Origin: Deltaproteobacteria bacterium
GTDB taxonomy: Bacteria > Myxococcota > Kuafuiibacteriia > Kuafuiibacteriales > Kuafuiibacteriaceae
DNA length: 32,073 bases
Direction: 5' to 3'
NCBI GenBank assembly: GCA_040218735.1
Contig: JAVJQW010000032.1
Span: 1-32,073 of the forward strand
In this document: piece after piece, positions 1 to 7,516 of the stretch
Layout: the number at the start of each line of letters is the position of its first letter
Position numbering within the stretch: position 1 is the stretch's first letter
The notes under the pieces: model-generated
Database searches by the model: none
What the model saw: the letters and a program-made list of their open reading frames with translations, nothing else
Told to the model about the DNA's origin: nothing
Position numbers and translations under genes: made by a program

Positions 1-86
1 CTCTCCGTAGGGAATCAGTTCGGCTCGCCCACCGCGGCAGTCAGCGAAGCCGAGGGGCCACACCCGGCGAGACGAACGGCTTCTGA

Positions 87-326
87 CCGGAGGGGAGGTC
101 CCCGGCCGTCGCCGAAAGCGAAGCCGATCCTGGGCACTCCCTGCCCGGCTATCTGATACGGCCTCCTAGGCTGAGGCCGGTCGCGTCAGCGACCGGTCCG
201 AAGACTGTGCCAAGCCGTCCCGCGGAGCGGGCCGGCGTTATGGCCTAGCTGAGGCCGTATCGGATTGCCGGGCAGGGAGTGCCCAGGATCGGCGGCGCTT
301 TCGGCGACGGCCGGGGACCTCCCCGG
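87..326. repeat. Long intergenic inverted repeat (REPIN/MITE-like palindromic element)
   Basis: Arm 87-172 is the near-perfect reverse complement of 243-326 (ggggaggtccccggccgtcgccgaaagcg..gccgatcctgggcactccctgcccggc.atc.gatacggcctc..ctaggc), with a handful of mismatches/indels. The ~70-bp centre has two further hairpins (ccggtcgc-gtca-gcgaccgg; cccgc-gga-gcggg). Confidence 0.85.
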
Positions 327-336
327 CCAGCTCGGA

Positions 337-750
337 TCACTCGTCGTCGGGCTGCAGCGACGCGACGACGCGTAGCGCGACTTCCTTCGCGACGATCGTC
401 GCGACCGAGCCGAGCACCGAGTTGAGGAACGACGGGCGCTTCTTCGCGGGGGTCACCACGATCGTGTGCTCGCTCTCGTCGAGGATGCGCTCGCGGCGCT
501 TCTTCTTCGCGCGGCCGCGTCCGAGCGCGAGGCCGATGGCGACGGAGGCGCCGAACGCGACCCACCGGTAGGCGCGCACGTTTTCGTCGACGACGACCAG
601 CGCCTGCTTGCCGCGCACGACGAGCGCGTTGATCTCGGCCGCTTCCTCTTCGACGTGGTTCTTCAGCGCGTCAGTCGCGTCGGTGAGGCGCTTGCGCTTC
701 TCTTCGGCGCTCTTTCGGGCGAGCGCGAGGGGCACTTTGGGTTCCGTCAT
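337..750 (-). CDS. Small membrane-associated protein, YqjK/DUF3618-like
   Basis: ATG at 750 with AGGAG RBS; overlaps the upstream stop by 4 nt. N-terminal coiled-coil followed by a hydrophobic segment (WVAFGASVAIGLALG) and a basic tail. Third gene of a yqjD/E/K-like trio. Confidence 0.65.
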   Translation of the reverse strand: MTEPKVPLALARKSAEEKRKRLTDATDALKNHVEEEAAEINALVVRGKQALVVVDENVRAYRWVAFGASVAIGLALGRGRAKKKRRERILDESEHTIVVTPAKKRPSFLNSVLGSVATIVAKEVALRVVASLQPDDE

Positions 751-1130
751 GTCGTCTCCTCGGCGGATGCGGGCAGCGCCGGGCGGTCGGGACCTTCGAG
801 TCGGAGCGGGTGCGCCGTCAACCGGGCGGACCGGCGAACAGCGAGCCCGAACAGCAACGCGAGCACGAAGAACAGGCCGCCGACCAGCAGCGCGGCGTAC
901 AGGTACGATCCCAGCACCTCGGCGCATCCGATGATCGCCGCGACCCCGAACGCCTGCAGCGACAGCGCGACGAGGGTGATCGTGATGCTCGCGTTCACGG
1001 CGAGCTGGGTCGCGTGCTGCGTTCGTTCGTCGATCTCGGCGCGCGCCCGCGCCAGCTCCGCGGAGACGAGATCCGCCGACGCCTGAGCGACGTCGGTCAC
1101 GAGATCGACCAGGCCGGTCTGCTTCGACAT
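747..1130 (-). CDS. 'Phage holin family' membrane protein (YqjE/DUF1469-like)
   Basis: MSKQTGLVDLVTDVAQASADLVSAELARARAEI followed by two TM helices, the typical pattern of this family. TGATG coupling to the upstream gene. Confidence 0.75.
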   Translation of the reverse strand: MSKQTGLVDLVTDVAQASADLVSAELARARAEIDERTQHATQLAVNASITITLVALSLQAFGVAAIIGCAEVLGSYLYAALLVGGLFFVLALLFGLAVRRSARLTAHPLRLEGPDRPALPASAEETT

Positions 1131-1501
1131 CAATCGCGGCTCATGAGCCGCCCGATGACCCAGCCGATCGCGAGGCCGGCGGCCATCGCGCGGTAGGGGT
1201 GGCGCTGAATCGCGCCGTCCACGTCGGACAACATGCCGCGTGGATCCCGCTCGCGCAGGTAACTCGCGGCGTCGTGGACGTGCCCCGAGACCACGGCGAC
1301 CTTGTCGGCCGGGATGCGCTCCTGGTCCGCCGCGGCCTCGTCGAGGCGCTCCGCGGCGCGGTCGAGGCTGTCGGCGATGGACGTCATCCCCTTGGCGCCG
1401 GCCTCGTTGGCGCGCGTGGCCAGGTGCGAAGACGTGTCCTTGGCGAGGTCGCTCGCGCGCGTCTTCAGCTCTTCGGGTGTCGTGTTCGATGCGTTCGACA
1501 T
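1130..1501 (-). CDS. ElaB/YqjD/DUF883-like tail-anchored protein
   Basis: Helical Ala/Asp/Arg-rich body, with C-terminal IQRHPYRAMAAGLAIGWVIGRL matching the HP..a+g+a..G.++G signature. The long upstream extension in the ORF track is not credible. Confidence 0.75.
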   Translation of the reverse strand: MSNASNTTPEELKTRASDLAKDTSSHLATRANEAGAKGMTSIADSLDRAAERLDEAAADQERIPADKVAVVSGHVHDAASYLRERDPRGMLSDVDGAIQRHPYRAMAAGLAIGWVIGRLMSRD

Positions 1502-1536
1502 GAGGGGGACCCATCTTATTGGGTCACCCGTTCGCG

Positions 1537-2727
1537 TCAAGGTGATCCCTGATTCTGAAGGCGGTCGATCACCGCACGGTAACGGGGCCGTTCGTGCAGC
1601 GCGACGAAGCTCCCCTCCGCCTCCAGGCGGAAGAGATCGTCGAAGCCGAGCTCCACCGCACGTTCGAGCAGCCCCATCGCCGAGTCCGGGCGCAGCTCCG
1701 TCGCCTCGTGAATCGCGTACCGGAACGTGAGATCCGCGTAGCGCTCGCGGTCGATGTCCTTCGGTTTCACACGCTCGTGATCGATCGCCTCCAGCGCGTG
1801 CTCCGCGATCTTCGCACCGTACGCGCGGCCCCGTCGGAGCAACCACTCGCCCGCACCGAGCGCGGACGGATGGTGCGCAGGCAGCTTCGCCGCGAGCGTC
1901 TCGACGCGTTTTTCGTCCTCGATCTCGAGCGCCGACGCCAAACCGAGGACGTACAGCGGCATCCGATCCTCGCGGCGCGAACGATCCGACAGCCCGTTCA
2001 CCATCGCGAGCACGGTCTGGTGGTCCTTGCGCTCCCACGCGGCGAAGGCGTCGACGTGTTTGACGTAGGTCGCCTCGGCGCGACCGAGCAGCACCGCGAC
2101 GAGCGTCAGCCACAGCGCCCAACCGATGAGCGAGAAGTCGATCGTCACGACCAAGACGATGACCGTGAACCCGAGCACCCACCCGATGCGCCACGCGAGC
2201 GTCGCCGACTCGGTCTTCTTCACGAGCCATCGGCGCAGCAGCAAGCCGACGTCGAGCGTGGGGAACGGCAGCGCCTGGAACCCGGCCCACATCAACGACG
2301 CAAAGCGGAGGCTCGCGCCCCACCACGCGACGACGTTACTGTCCGCGTACTGCACGACGAGGTGCCCGACGAGCGCCGGGACGAGCGTGAGCAACGGCCC
2401 CGCGAGCAGGACGATGCTCTGCGGGCGCGCGGTCGGGAGGTCACGAACGTAGCTGCCGCCGCCGCCAACCTGGAGGTAGAGGACGAACGGACCACCGGTC
2501 GCGATGCGGTGCGCGATGGCGTGCCCGAGCTCGTGCACGAGGATCGCGACGAGGAACGCGACGCCGAGCGGGAGCTGCGTCGCGAGCGCGACGCCGCCCG
2601 GGATCAGCAGGAAGTCGATTCGCAGCCGGACCGGTCCGATCGCGAGATCTTCCAGCAAGGGCTCGACCTCAGCTCCGCTTCTCGCGGGGAATGGGGACGC
2701 GTTTTCCGTCCTTGGCAGCGACGACAT
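1537..2727 (-). CDS. Site-2 (M50 family) intramembrane metalloprotease with C-terminal TPR-like domain
   Basis: HELGH zinc motif inside a TM helix, QALPFPTLDVG variant of the NxxPxxxxDG motif, and a C-terminal helical repeat (AMGLLERAVELGFDD...). True start may be TTG at 2658 (GAGGT upstream). Confidence 0.75.
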   Translation of the reverse strand: MSSLPRTENASPFPARSGAEVEPLLEDLAIGPVRLRIDFLLIPGGVALATQLPLGVAFLVAILVHELGHAIAHRIATGGPFVLYLQVGGGGSYVRDLPTARPQSIVLLAGPLLTLVPALVGHLVVQYADSNVVAWWGASLRFASLMWAGFQALPFPTLDVGLLLRRWLVKKTESATLAWRIGWVLGFTVIVLVVTIDFSLIGWALWLTLVAVLLGRAEATYVKHVDAFAAWERKDHQTVLAMVNGLSDRSRREDRMPLYVLGLASALEIEDEKRVETLAAKLPAHHPSALGAGEWLLRRGRAYGAKIAEHALEAIDHERVKPKDIDRERYADLTFRYAIHEATELRPDSAMGLLERAVELGFDDLFRLEAEGSFVALHERPRYRAVIDRLQNQGSP

Positions 2728-3586
2728 TCTCGAAGATAGGACGCGCCTCGGCGAGGAAAGGTTCCACCGAAGGGTAGCGCTGCGAAAAATGGGTCAGCAC
2801 GAGCTTCTTCGCGCCCGCCTCCTTCGCGATCGTCGCCGCCTGCGCCGCCGTCATGTGCCCGTGATCGTGCGCCTCCCGGGACTCGGTCGAAAGGTAGGTG
2901 GACTCGCAGATCAGCAGATCCACGTCCTTCGCGAGCGCGTAGGCGCCGTCGCAGACCCGGGTGTCCATCACGAACGCTACGCTCTGGCCCGGCTTGGGTA
3001 CGGAGACGTCGTCCAGCGTGATCGTCCGCCCCTCGTGCTCGATGGAGCCCTTGCGCTGCAGCTCCCCCACGCGGGGTCCGGCGAGCCCGAGCTCACGGAG
3101 CTTCTCCGGGAGCATCGAGACGCGGTCCTTCTCCTGGAGCCGGTAGCCGAAGGTATCGACGCCGTGGTCGAGCTTCTCGGCGTGGATCGTGATCTTCTTG
3201 CTCTCGTGGATCACGCCGGCCTTGGCGATGGGGTTCGGCCGCAGCGTGGCGCACGCGTGGTAGATCGACGCACGACGCAGCCGGTCGTAGAAGACGTGCC
3301 CGGACTTCGGGAAGTACACGTCGATCGGGTGCGGAACGCGGTCGAGCGACAGACGCTGCGTGATGCCCGCGAACCCCAGGCAGTGGTCCCCGTGGAAGTG
3401 GGTGATGAGCACCTTGGTGATCGAGGTCGCCGTGACCTCCGCGTAGATCATCTGCCGCTGCGTGCCCTCGCCCGGGTCGAAGAGGAGCCCCTCCTCGTCC
3501 CAGCGCAACAGGTACCCGTTATGGTTCCGATACCGCGTCGGAACCTGGCTCGACGTACCGAGCACCACGAGCTCGCGGACCGACAT
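2669..3586 (-). CDS. rnz: Ribonuclease Z (tRNase Z, metallo-beta-lactamase fold)
   Basis: MSVRELVVLGTSSQVPTRYRNH, FDPGEGTQRQM, THFHGDH, GP exosite region, MDTR, CESTY, HGHMTA, LTHFSQRY. 305 aa. Confidence 0.95.
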   Translation of the reverse strand: MSVRELVVLGTSSQVPTRYRNHNGYLLRWDEEGLLFDPGEGTQRQMIYAEVTATSITKVLITHFHGDHCLGFAGITQRLSLDRVPHPIDVYFPKSGHVFYDRLRRASIYHACATLRPNPIAKAGVIHESKKITIHAEKLDHGVDTFGYRLQEKDRVSMLPEKLRELGLAGPRVGELQRKGSIEHEGRTITLDDVSVPKPGQSVAFVMDTRVCDGAYALAKDVDLLICESTYLSTESREAHDHGHMTAAQAATIAKEAGAKKLVLTHFSQRYPSVEPFLAEARPIFENVVAAKDGKRVPIPREKRS

Positions 3587-3645
3587 GGTGGCAGGGGCGT
3601 TACCGCGCGTACCCCCTGGCTGGCAACGCCGTAGAACCCGCGGAT

Positions 3646-4212
3646 TCAGAAGCGCAGCGTGAGCGCCGCGCCCGGGACGGCGTCGCCAGCGCGATCGCGC
3701 AGGAGCGTCGGCACGACCGCGACGTCGAGCGCCTCGTTGTGCCGGCGCACCGCGGCGCGCGCGTCGAGTAAGTCGGTGACGAGCAGATAGATCGCGACCC
3801 CGAGGAGGCCGACGCCCGCGACGGCAATCGTGATGACCAACGGATCGTCCGCGTGACCCTCGAGGATCCCGTAGAGCCCTCCGAACGTGAGGAACGCGCC
3901 GAGCCCCCCCGCCGCGGTTCGCCCCAGGGACCTCAGCCCGGCGCGTTCGACTTCGCCGGCGTAGAAGTGGCCGAACGATGGACCGAACCCGAGGCCGAAC
4001 CCGATCGCGAAGAAGCCGGCGATGTTGGCGGCGCCGTCGTACTTGTAGCTGAGGCCGCCCCCGATCAGCACGGGGAGGAACGTCGCGACGACGGGCAACA
4101 CAATTCCGGCCGTCTCTGATCTCGGCTGCGGGGGCACCTCGTCGACCGCGTCTGCCGCGACCACCGGCGCCGCCGCGATGAGCAGCGACGCGACGACCAG
4201 CCCACTCGCCAT
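3646..4212 (-). CDS. Exported/membrane protein of unknown function, paralog B (GPSFGHFYAGE motif, C-terminal ...LTLRF)
   Basis: Signal-peptide-like N-terminus, Gly-rich hydrophobic helices, and clear similarity to 4275-4820. Confidence 0.8.
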   Translation of the reverse strand: MASGLVVASLLIAAAPVVAADAVDEVPPQPRSETAGIVLPVVATFLPVLIGGGLSYKYDGAANIAGFFAIGFGLGFGPSFGHFYAGEVERAGLRSLGRTAAGGLGAFLTFGGLYGILEGHADDPLVITIAVAGVGLLGVAIYLLVTDLLDARAAVRRHNEALDVAVVPTLLRDRAGDAVPGAALTLRF

Positions 4213-4274
4213 GACCGGGTAGAGTCTCTCGCGACGCGGTCGCAAGTGGCAACGGAACCACCCGCGCGGCGGGC

Positions 4275-4820
4275 TCAGAAACGCACGGCGAGCGCGAGCG
4301 CGGGCCCGACCGTCCCGTCGCGCGCGACCACGGCGGAGGGCGTGAGCACCGCCGTGACCTCGGCCGTCTCGTTGTGGCGACGCACCGCCGCGCGCGCGTC
4401 GAAGAGGTCACGCCCGAGGAGGTAGGCGGCGCTCGCCCACAGGACGAGCCCGCAGATCGCCGCAGGGATCGCGGTGTCCGGGTTGTCGGCGAGCGTGTCG
4501 GCGAACACCAAGAACGCGCCCATCCCGAGCAGCGACGTGCGGAGCACCGAAGTCAGCCCCGCGAACAACGACTCCCCCGCGTAGAAGTGACCGATCGACG
4601 GTCCGACCCCGAGCCCGAACGCGAGCAGGAAGAGGCCGGCGAGCTCGCCGTCGTCGTCGTACCGGTAGACGAGCCCGCCTCCGAAGAGGACCGGCAGAAA
4701 CGTCGCGACGACGGGCAGCGCGATCCCCAAGGCTTCGGACTTCGGCTCGGGAGGGTCGTCCTCCACGACCGAGCTCGGCCCGACCGCGATCAGGAGCGCG
4801 AGCGCAGGAACGGCCGACAT
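4275..4820 (-). CDS. Exported/membrane protein of unknown function, paralog A (GPSIGHFYAGE motif, C-terminal ...LAVRF)
   Basis: Starts 11 nt after the gltG stop. Shares LPVVATFLPVL.GGGL.Y.YD, GHFYAGE and DARAAVRRHNE with the downstream paralog. Confidence 0.8.
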   Translation of the reverse strand: MSAVPALALLIAVGPSSVVEDDPPEPKSEALGIALPVVATFLPVLFGGGLVYRYDDDGELAGLFLLAFGLGVGPSIGHFYAGESLFAGLTSVLRTSLLGMGAFLVFADTLADNPDTAIPAAICGLVLWASAAYLLGRDLFDARAAVRRHNETAEVTAVLTPSAVVARDGTVGPALALAVRF

Positions 4821-4831
4821 GGACCCGATGA

Positions 4832-7063
4832 TCAGCCGGCGGTCTTGAAGATGAACGGATACTTCACGATGACGATGCCGCCGCCCTTCGGCTTCGGGAA
4901 CCGCCAGGTGCGGATCTTCGCCGTGATGCAGCGCTCGACCTCGGCGTTGTTCAGCGTCGACTGCGTGACCTTCGAGCTCTGCACCGAGCCGGTGCCGGAG
5001 ATCGTGAACTGCGTGGCGACCTTGCCGAACAGCCCCGGCGAGCGCACCAGCTCCTTCTCGTAGCAGTACCGAATCTGCGCGATGTGCTGCTTGATGACGC
5101 GACGGATGATCTCCTTGTCGAGCGACCCCATGATGACCGGGGTGCCGGGGGAGATGTTGATGTCGCGGTCGGACTTCTTGCCCATGCGGCCGGCGCCTTC
5201 GCCGTAACCCGAGCCGCCCGAGCCGCCACCGCGCCCGCGCGTGCCGAGCGCGCCGAGGCCGACCGAGTTCATCGACAGGCCGCCGCCGCCGGGGCCCGTG
5301 CCGCGCACGCCGAGGCCACCGAGGCCCGTGGCGTCGCCGATCTCGGCGCCGGTCACGCCGCCGAGGGCGCCCTTGAGCTCACCGCCGAGGCCGCCGCTGC
5401 CGAACAGGTAGCTGCGGCCGACGTTGCCCTTGCCACCGAACAGCTTGTTGAGCGCGCTCTTCGCGATCTCCTTGTCGTTCGGATCGCCCTTCACCGCCAT
5501 GCGGCCCTGCTTCTTGCCCTTGTAGTCCTTGCGGCCGGCCTTGCCTTCCTTGCCGCGTGCCTTCGCGCCGGGCTCGCCCGCCTTGAGCTTCGACAGCAGG
5601 CTGCTCTGGTCGGCCTGCTGCTTCTGCTCGGGCGTCAACCTGAATTGCGCGAAGCGATTCGGGTTCTTGAAGATGTCCTCGGTGAGCTCCGCCTGCGTCA
5701 CCGGCGTCGCGATGAAGCTGACGATCGCCATGACGTGCATGAAGAACGCGAGCACGAGGATGTTCATCCACGTGTAGTTCACCTCCGCCATGAACGGCAC
5801 CGGCGCGAGCCGGTTGTTCCGGATGTAGCGGATCTGAAGGATGAGCCCCTCGTGCGCGAGGTACAGCGTCTCCGCGGGGCGGAGGCCGTACCGAAGCCCG
5901 CCGGGCATGTCACCCGGCTCCGCGCCGAACTGCGACAGCTGCTCGAGCGGAATGACCGTCCCGTCCGCGCGCTCGACCTGACCGATGAACCCGGCCGGGA
6001 TGTTGATCGTGTAGTTCGTGGCGTCCGGCCCGAGCGACTCGGCGAGCGCGTACGTCTTCGCCGGCAGGCCCTTCGACGGCATCTCGATGTCGCAGCGCTG
6101 CACCTTCTGGAGCGGACCCCAACCGGAGATGCGACGCTCGTCGCCGATCGTGACGTTCGCCTTGTCGGTCACGGCGATCGAATCGATCACCGAGTTGCCC
6201 CACAGCAGCTTCACCTCGAGCGAGCGCTCGGTGTCCGGTGTGCCCTCGCTTGCGAGGTTGCTCGGCACCGTGCCCCACGCATCGCGCGGCGCCATCGACT
6301 GCGGATAGCCGGGTGCAGCCCCCGGGTAGCCGGCGGGCGCGTAGCCCGGCGCGGGCGCATAACCGGGCGGAGGCGCGTAGCCCTGCGGCGGATAGCCGGG
6401 CGCGGCCCCCGGATAGCCGGCGGGCGCGTAACCCGGCGGCGGTGCCTCGGCGGCGTAGGAAGGCTGCGGTGCAGCGGCGTACGGTGCTTCGGAGCTCGAC
6501 GGCGCGAGGTCACCCGTCTGAGGCGCCATCGCCTGCGCCGGCATCGCGGGCGCCGCCATCGGCGCGGGCGCGGCGGGGACGACGGACGCCGCCACCGCAG
6601 ACGGCGAGGCCGCCGGCGCCGACACCGGCGAAGCCGCCGCGGTGATCGCGGTCGGCGCGGAGTTGGCCATCTCCTGCGCGCTCGGTTGCCACAGCTGCTC
6701 GGGCGTGGCGTCGGGCGTGCTCGCCGCAGCCGCCACCGGCGCCGCCACGGCCGCCGCGGGCTGCGCGAACGTGACGACGATGCGGTAGTCGCCGACCTTC
6801 AGCGCGTCACCGTCCGAGAGCTTCTCCTTCGAGATCTTCTTGTCGTTGAGGTACGTGCCCTCGGTCGATCCCATGTCGATGATCGAGTACTCCCGGCCAT
6901 CGCTGGTCGCTTCGATCACGGCGTGGATGCGCGACACCTTCGAATCGTCGAGCTTGAGGTGGGCCGACGCGAGCCGCCCGATCTTCACGATGTCGCGATC
7001 GAAGGTCTCGTCGCTGACGACTTCGTCGCCTTTGTGCACGGTGAGCTTCAGCGGAATGGGCAT
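4832..7063 (-). CDS. gltG: Adventurous gliding motility protein GltG/PglI (FHA domain, TM helix, TonB-C/AgmX-PglI C-terminal domain)
   Basis: N-terminal FHA (IGR..S..H..IDMGSTEGTYLN), Pro/Ala linker, TM helix (ILVLAFFMHV), Gly-rich stretch, and C-terminal GSLDKEIIRRVI..IRYCYE..WRFPKPKGGGIVIVKYPFIF. Syntenic with gltF/E/D. Confidence 0.92.
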   Translation of the reverse strand: MPIPLKLTVHKGDEVVSDETFDRDIVKIGRLASAHLKLDDSKVSRIHAVIEATSDGREYSIIDMGSTEGTYLNDKKISKEKLSDGDALKVGDYRIVVTFAQPAAAVAAPVAAAASTPDATPEQLWQPSAQEMANSAPTAITAAASPVSAPAASPSAVAASVVPAAPAPMAAPAMPAQAMAPQTGDLAPSSSEAPYAAAPQPSYAAEAPPPGYAPAGYPGAAPGYPPQGYAPPPGYAPAPGYAPAGYPGAAPGYPQSMAPRDAWGTVPSNLASEGTPDTERSLEVKLLWGNSVIDSIAVTDKANVTIGDERRISGWGPLQKVQRCDIEMPSKGLPAKTYALAESLGPDATNYTINIPAGFIGQVERADGTVIPLEQLSQFGAEPGDMPGGLRYGLRPAETLYLAHEGLILQIRYIRNNRLAPVPFMAEVNYTWMNILVLAFFMHVMAIVSFIATPVTQAELTEDIFKNPNRFAQFRLTPEQKQQADQSSLLSKLKAGEPGAKARGKEGKAGRKDYKGKKQGRMAVKGDPNDKEIAKSALNKLFGGKGNVGRSYLFGSGGLGGELKGALGGVTGAEIGDATGLGGLGVRGTGPGGGGLSMNSVGLGALGTRGRGGGSGGSGYGEGAGRMGKKSDRDINISPGTPVIMGSLDKEIIRRVIKQHIAQIRYCYEKELVRSPGLFGKVATQFTISGTGSVQSSKVTQSTLNNAEVERCITAKIRTWRFPKPKGGGIVIVKYPFIFKTAG
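6302..6490 (-). repeat. Intragenic Pro-Gly-Tyr-Ala repeat (GYAPAGYPGAAPGYP x2 plus variants) in the GltG linker
   Basis: Near-duplicated ~48-bp segments at ~6303 and ~6390, also visible in the translation. Confidence 0.8.
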
Positions 7064-7081
7064 GTCGTCTCCTCGGGCTCC

Positions 7082-7342
7082 TCAGATCTTCGACACCGAC
7101 CCCAAGACCCGGTCGCGGAAGTTGTCGCGGATCTTGATCAGGTTCGAGTGTCGGACGCGCTTGCGGCTCTCGACGTAGGCGCCGTCGGGCTTGGTGAGGT
7201 CACCGTCGATCGTGTCGTCGCCGAAGCTCACGACCGTCTTCTTCTTGTAGATGATCCCGGCCTCTGACTCCTCCTGAGCCCACGCCGACACCGGCGCGGC
7301 CAGAAGCGTCAGGACCACCATGAAGTTCAAGACTCTCATCAT
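7082..7342 (-). CDS. gltF: Adventurous gliding motility protein GltF/CglF
   Basis: ~86 aa, signal peptide (..VSAWAQ), YKKKTVVSFGDDTIDGDLTKPDG..SNLIKIRDNF. Lies between gltE and gltG. Start could be 7339, 7342 or 7345. Confidence 0.9.
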   Translation of the reverse strand: MMRVLNFMVVLTLLAAPVSAWAQEESEAGIIYKKKTVVSFGDDTIDGDLTKPDGAYVESRKRVRHSNLIKIRDNFRDRVLGSVSKI

Positions 7343-7381
7343 CACTCTCGAGGCCTCTCGACCCGGGTTCGCGTCACCGTG

Positions 7382-7410
7382 TTCGACAGCACACGCGCCC
7401 CCAGGGTTCC
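7382..7410 (-). promoter_or_regulatory. Candidate ECF-sigma-type internal promoter upstream of gltF
   Basis: Minus strand reads GGAACC-N17-GTCGAA, ~40 nt upstream of the gltF start, in the only sizeable gap of the operon. Confidence 0.35.
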
Positions 7411-7516
7411 GAGGTTGCATCAGTTACCGAAGTTTTTCGGTATTTCGTCCCAGATTTCCAGCGGACAGATGTGCGACCGGGTCCCGCCGAGTCGGACCGA
7501 CGGTCCCGTCGCCCCC

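Noticed and set aside
160-245. Hammerhead or HDV-like ribozyme in the centre of the inverted repeat
   Set aside because: CTGA-[stem]-CGAA resembles the hammerhead core but lacks CUGANGA and GAAA, and no HDV pseudoknot could be built by eye.
747-1130. Prophage lysis gene
   Set aside because: This 'holin' family is usually chromosomal (YqjE-like); no endolysin or other phage genes are nearby.
3587-4411. N-terminal extension of rnz (580-aa ORF)
   Set aside because: Arg-rich junk overlapping two real genes; the true start is ATG 3586.
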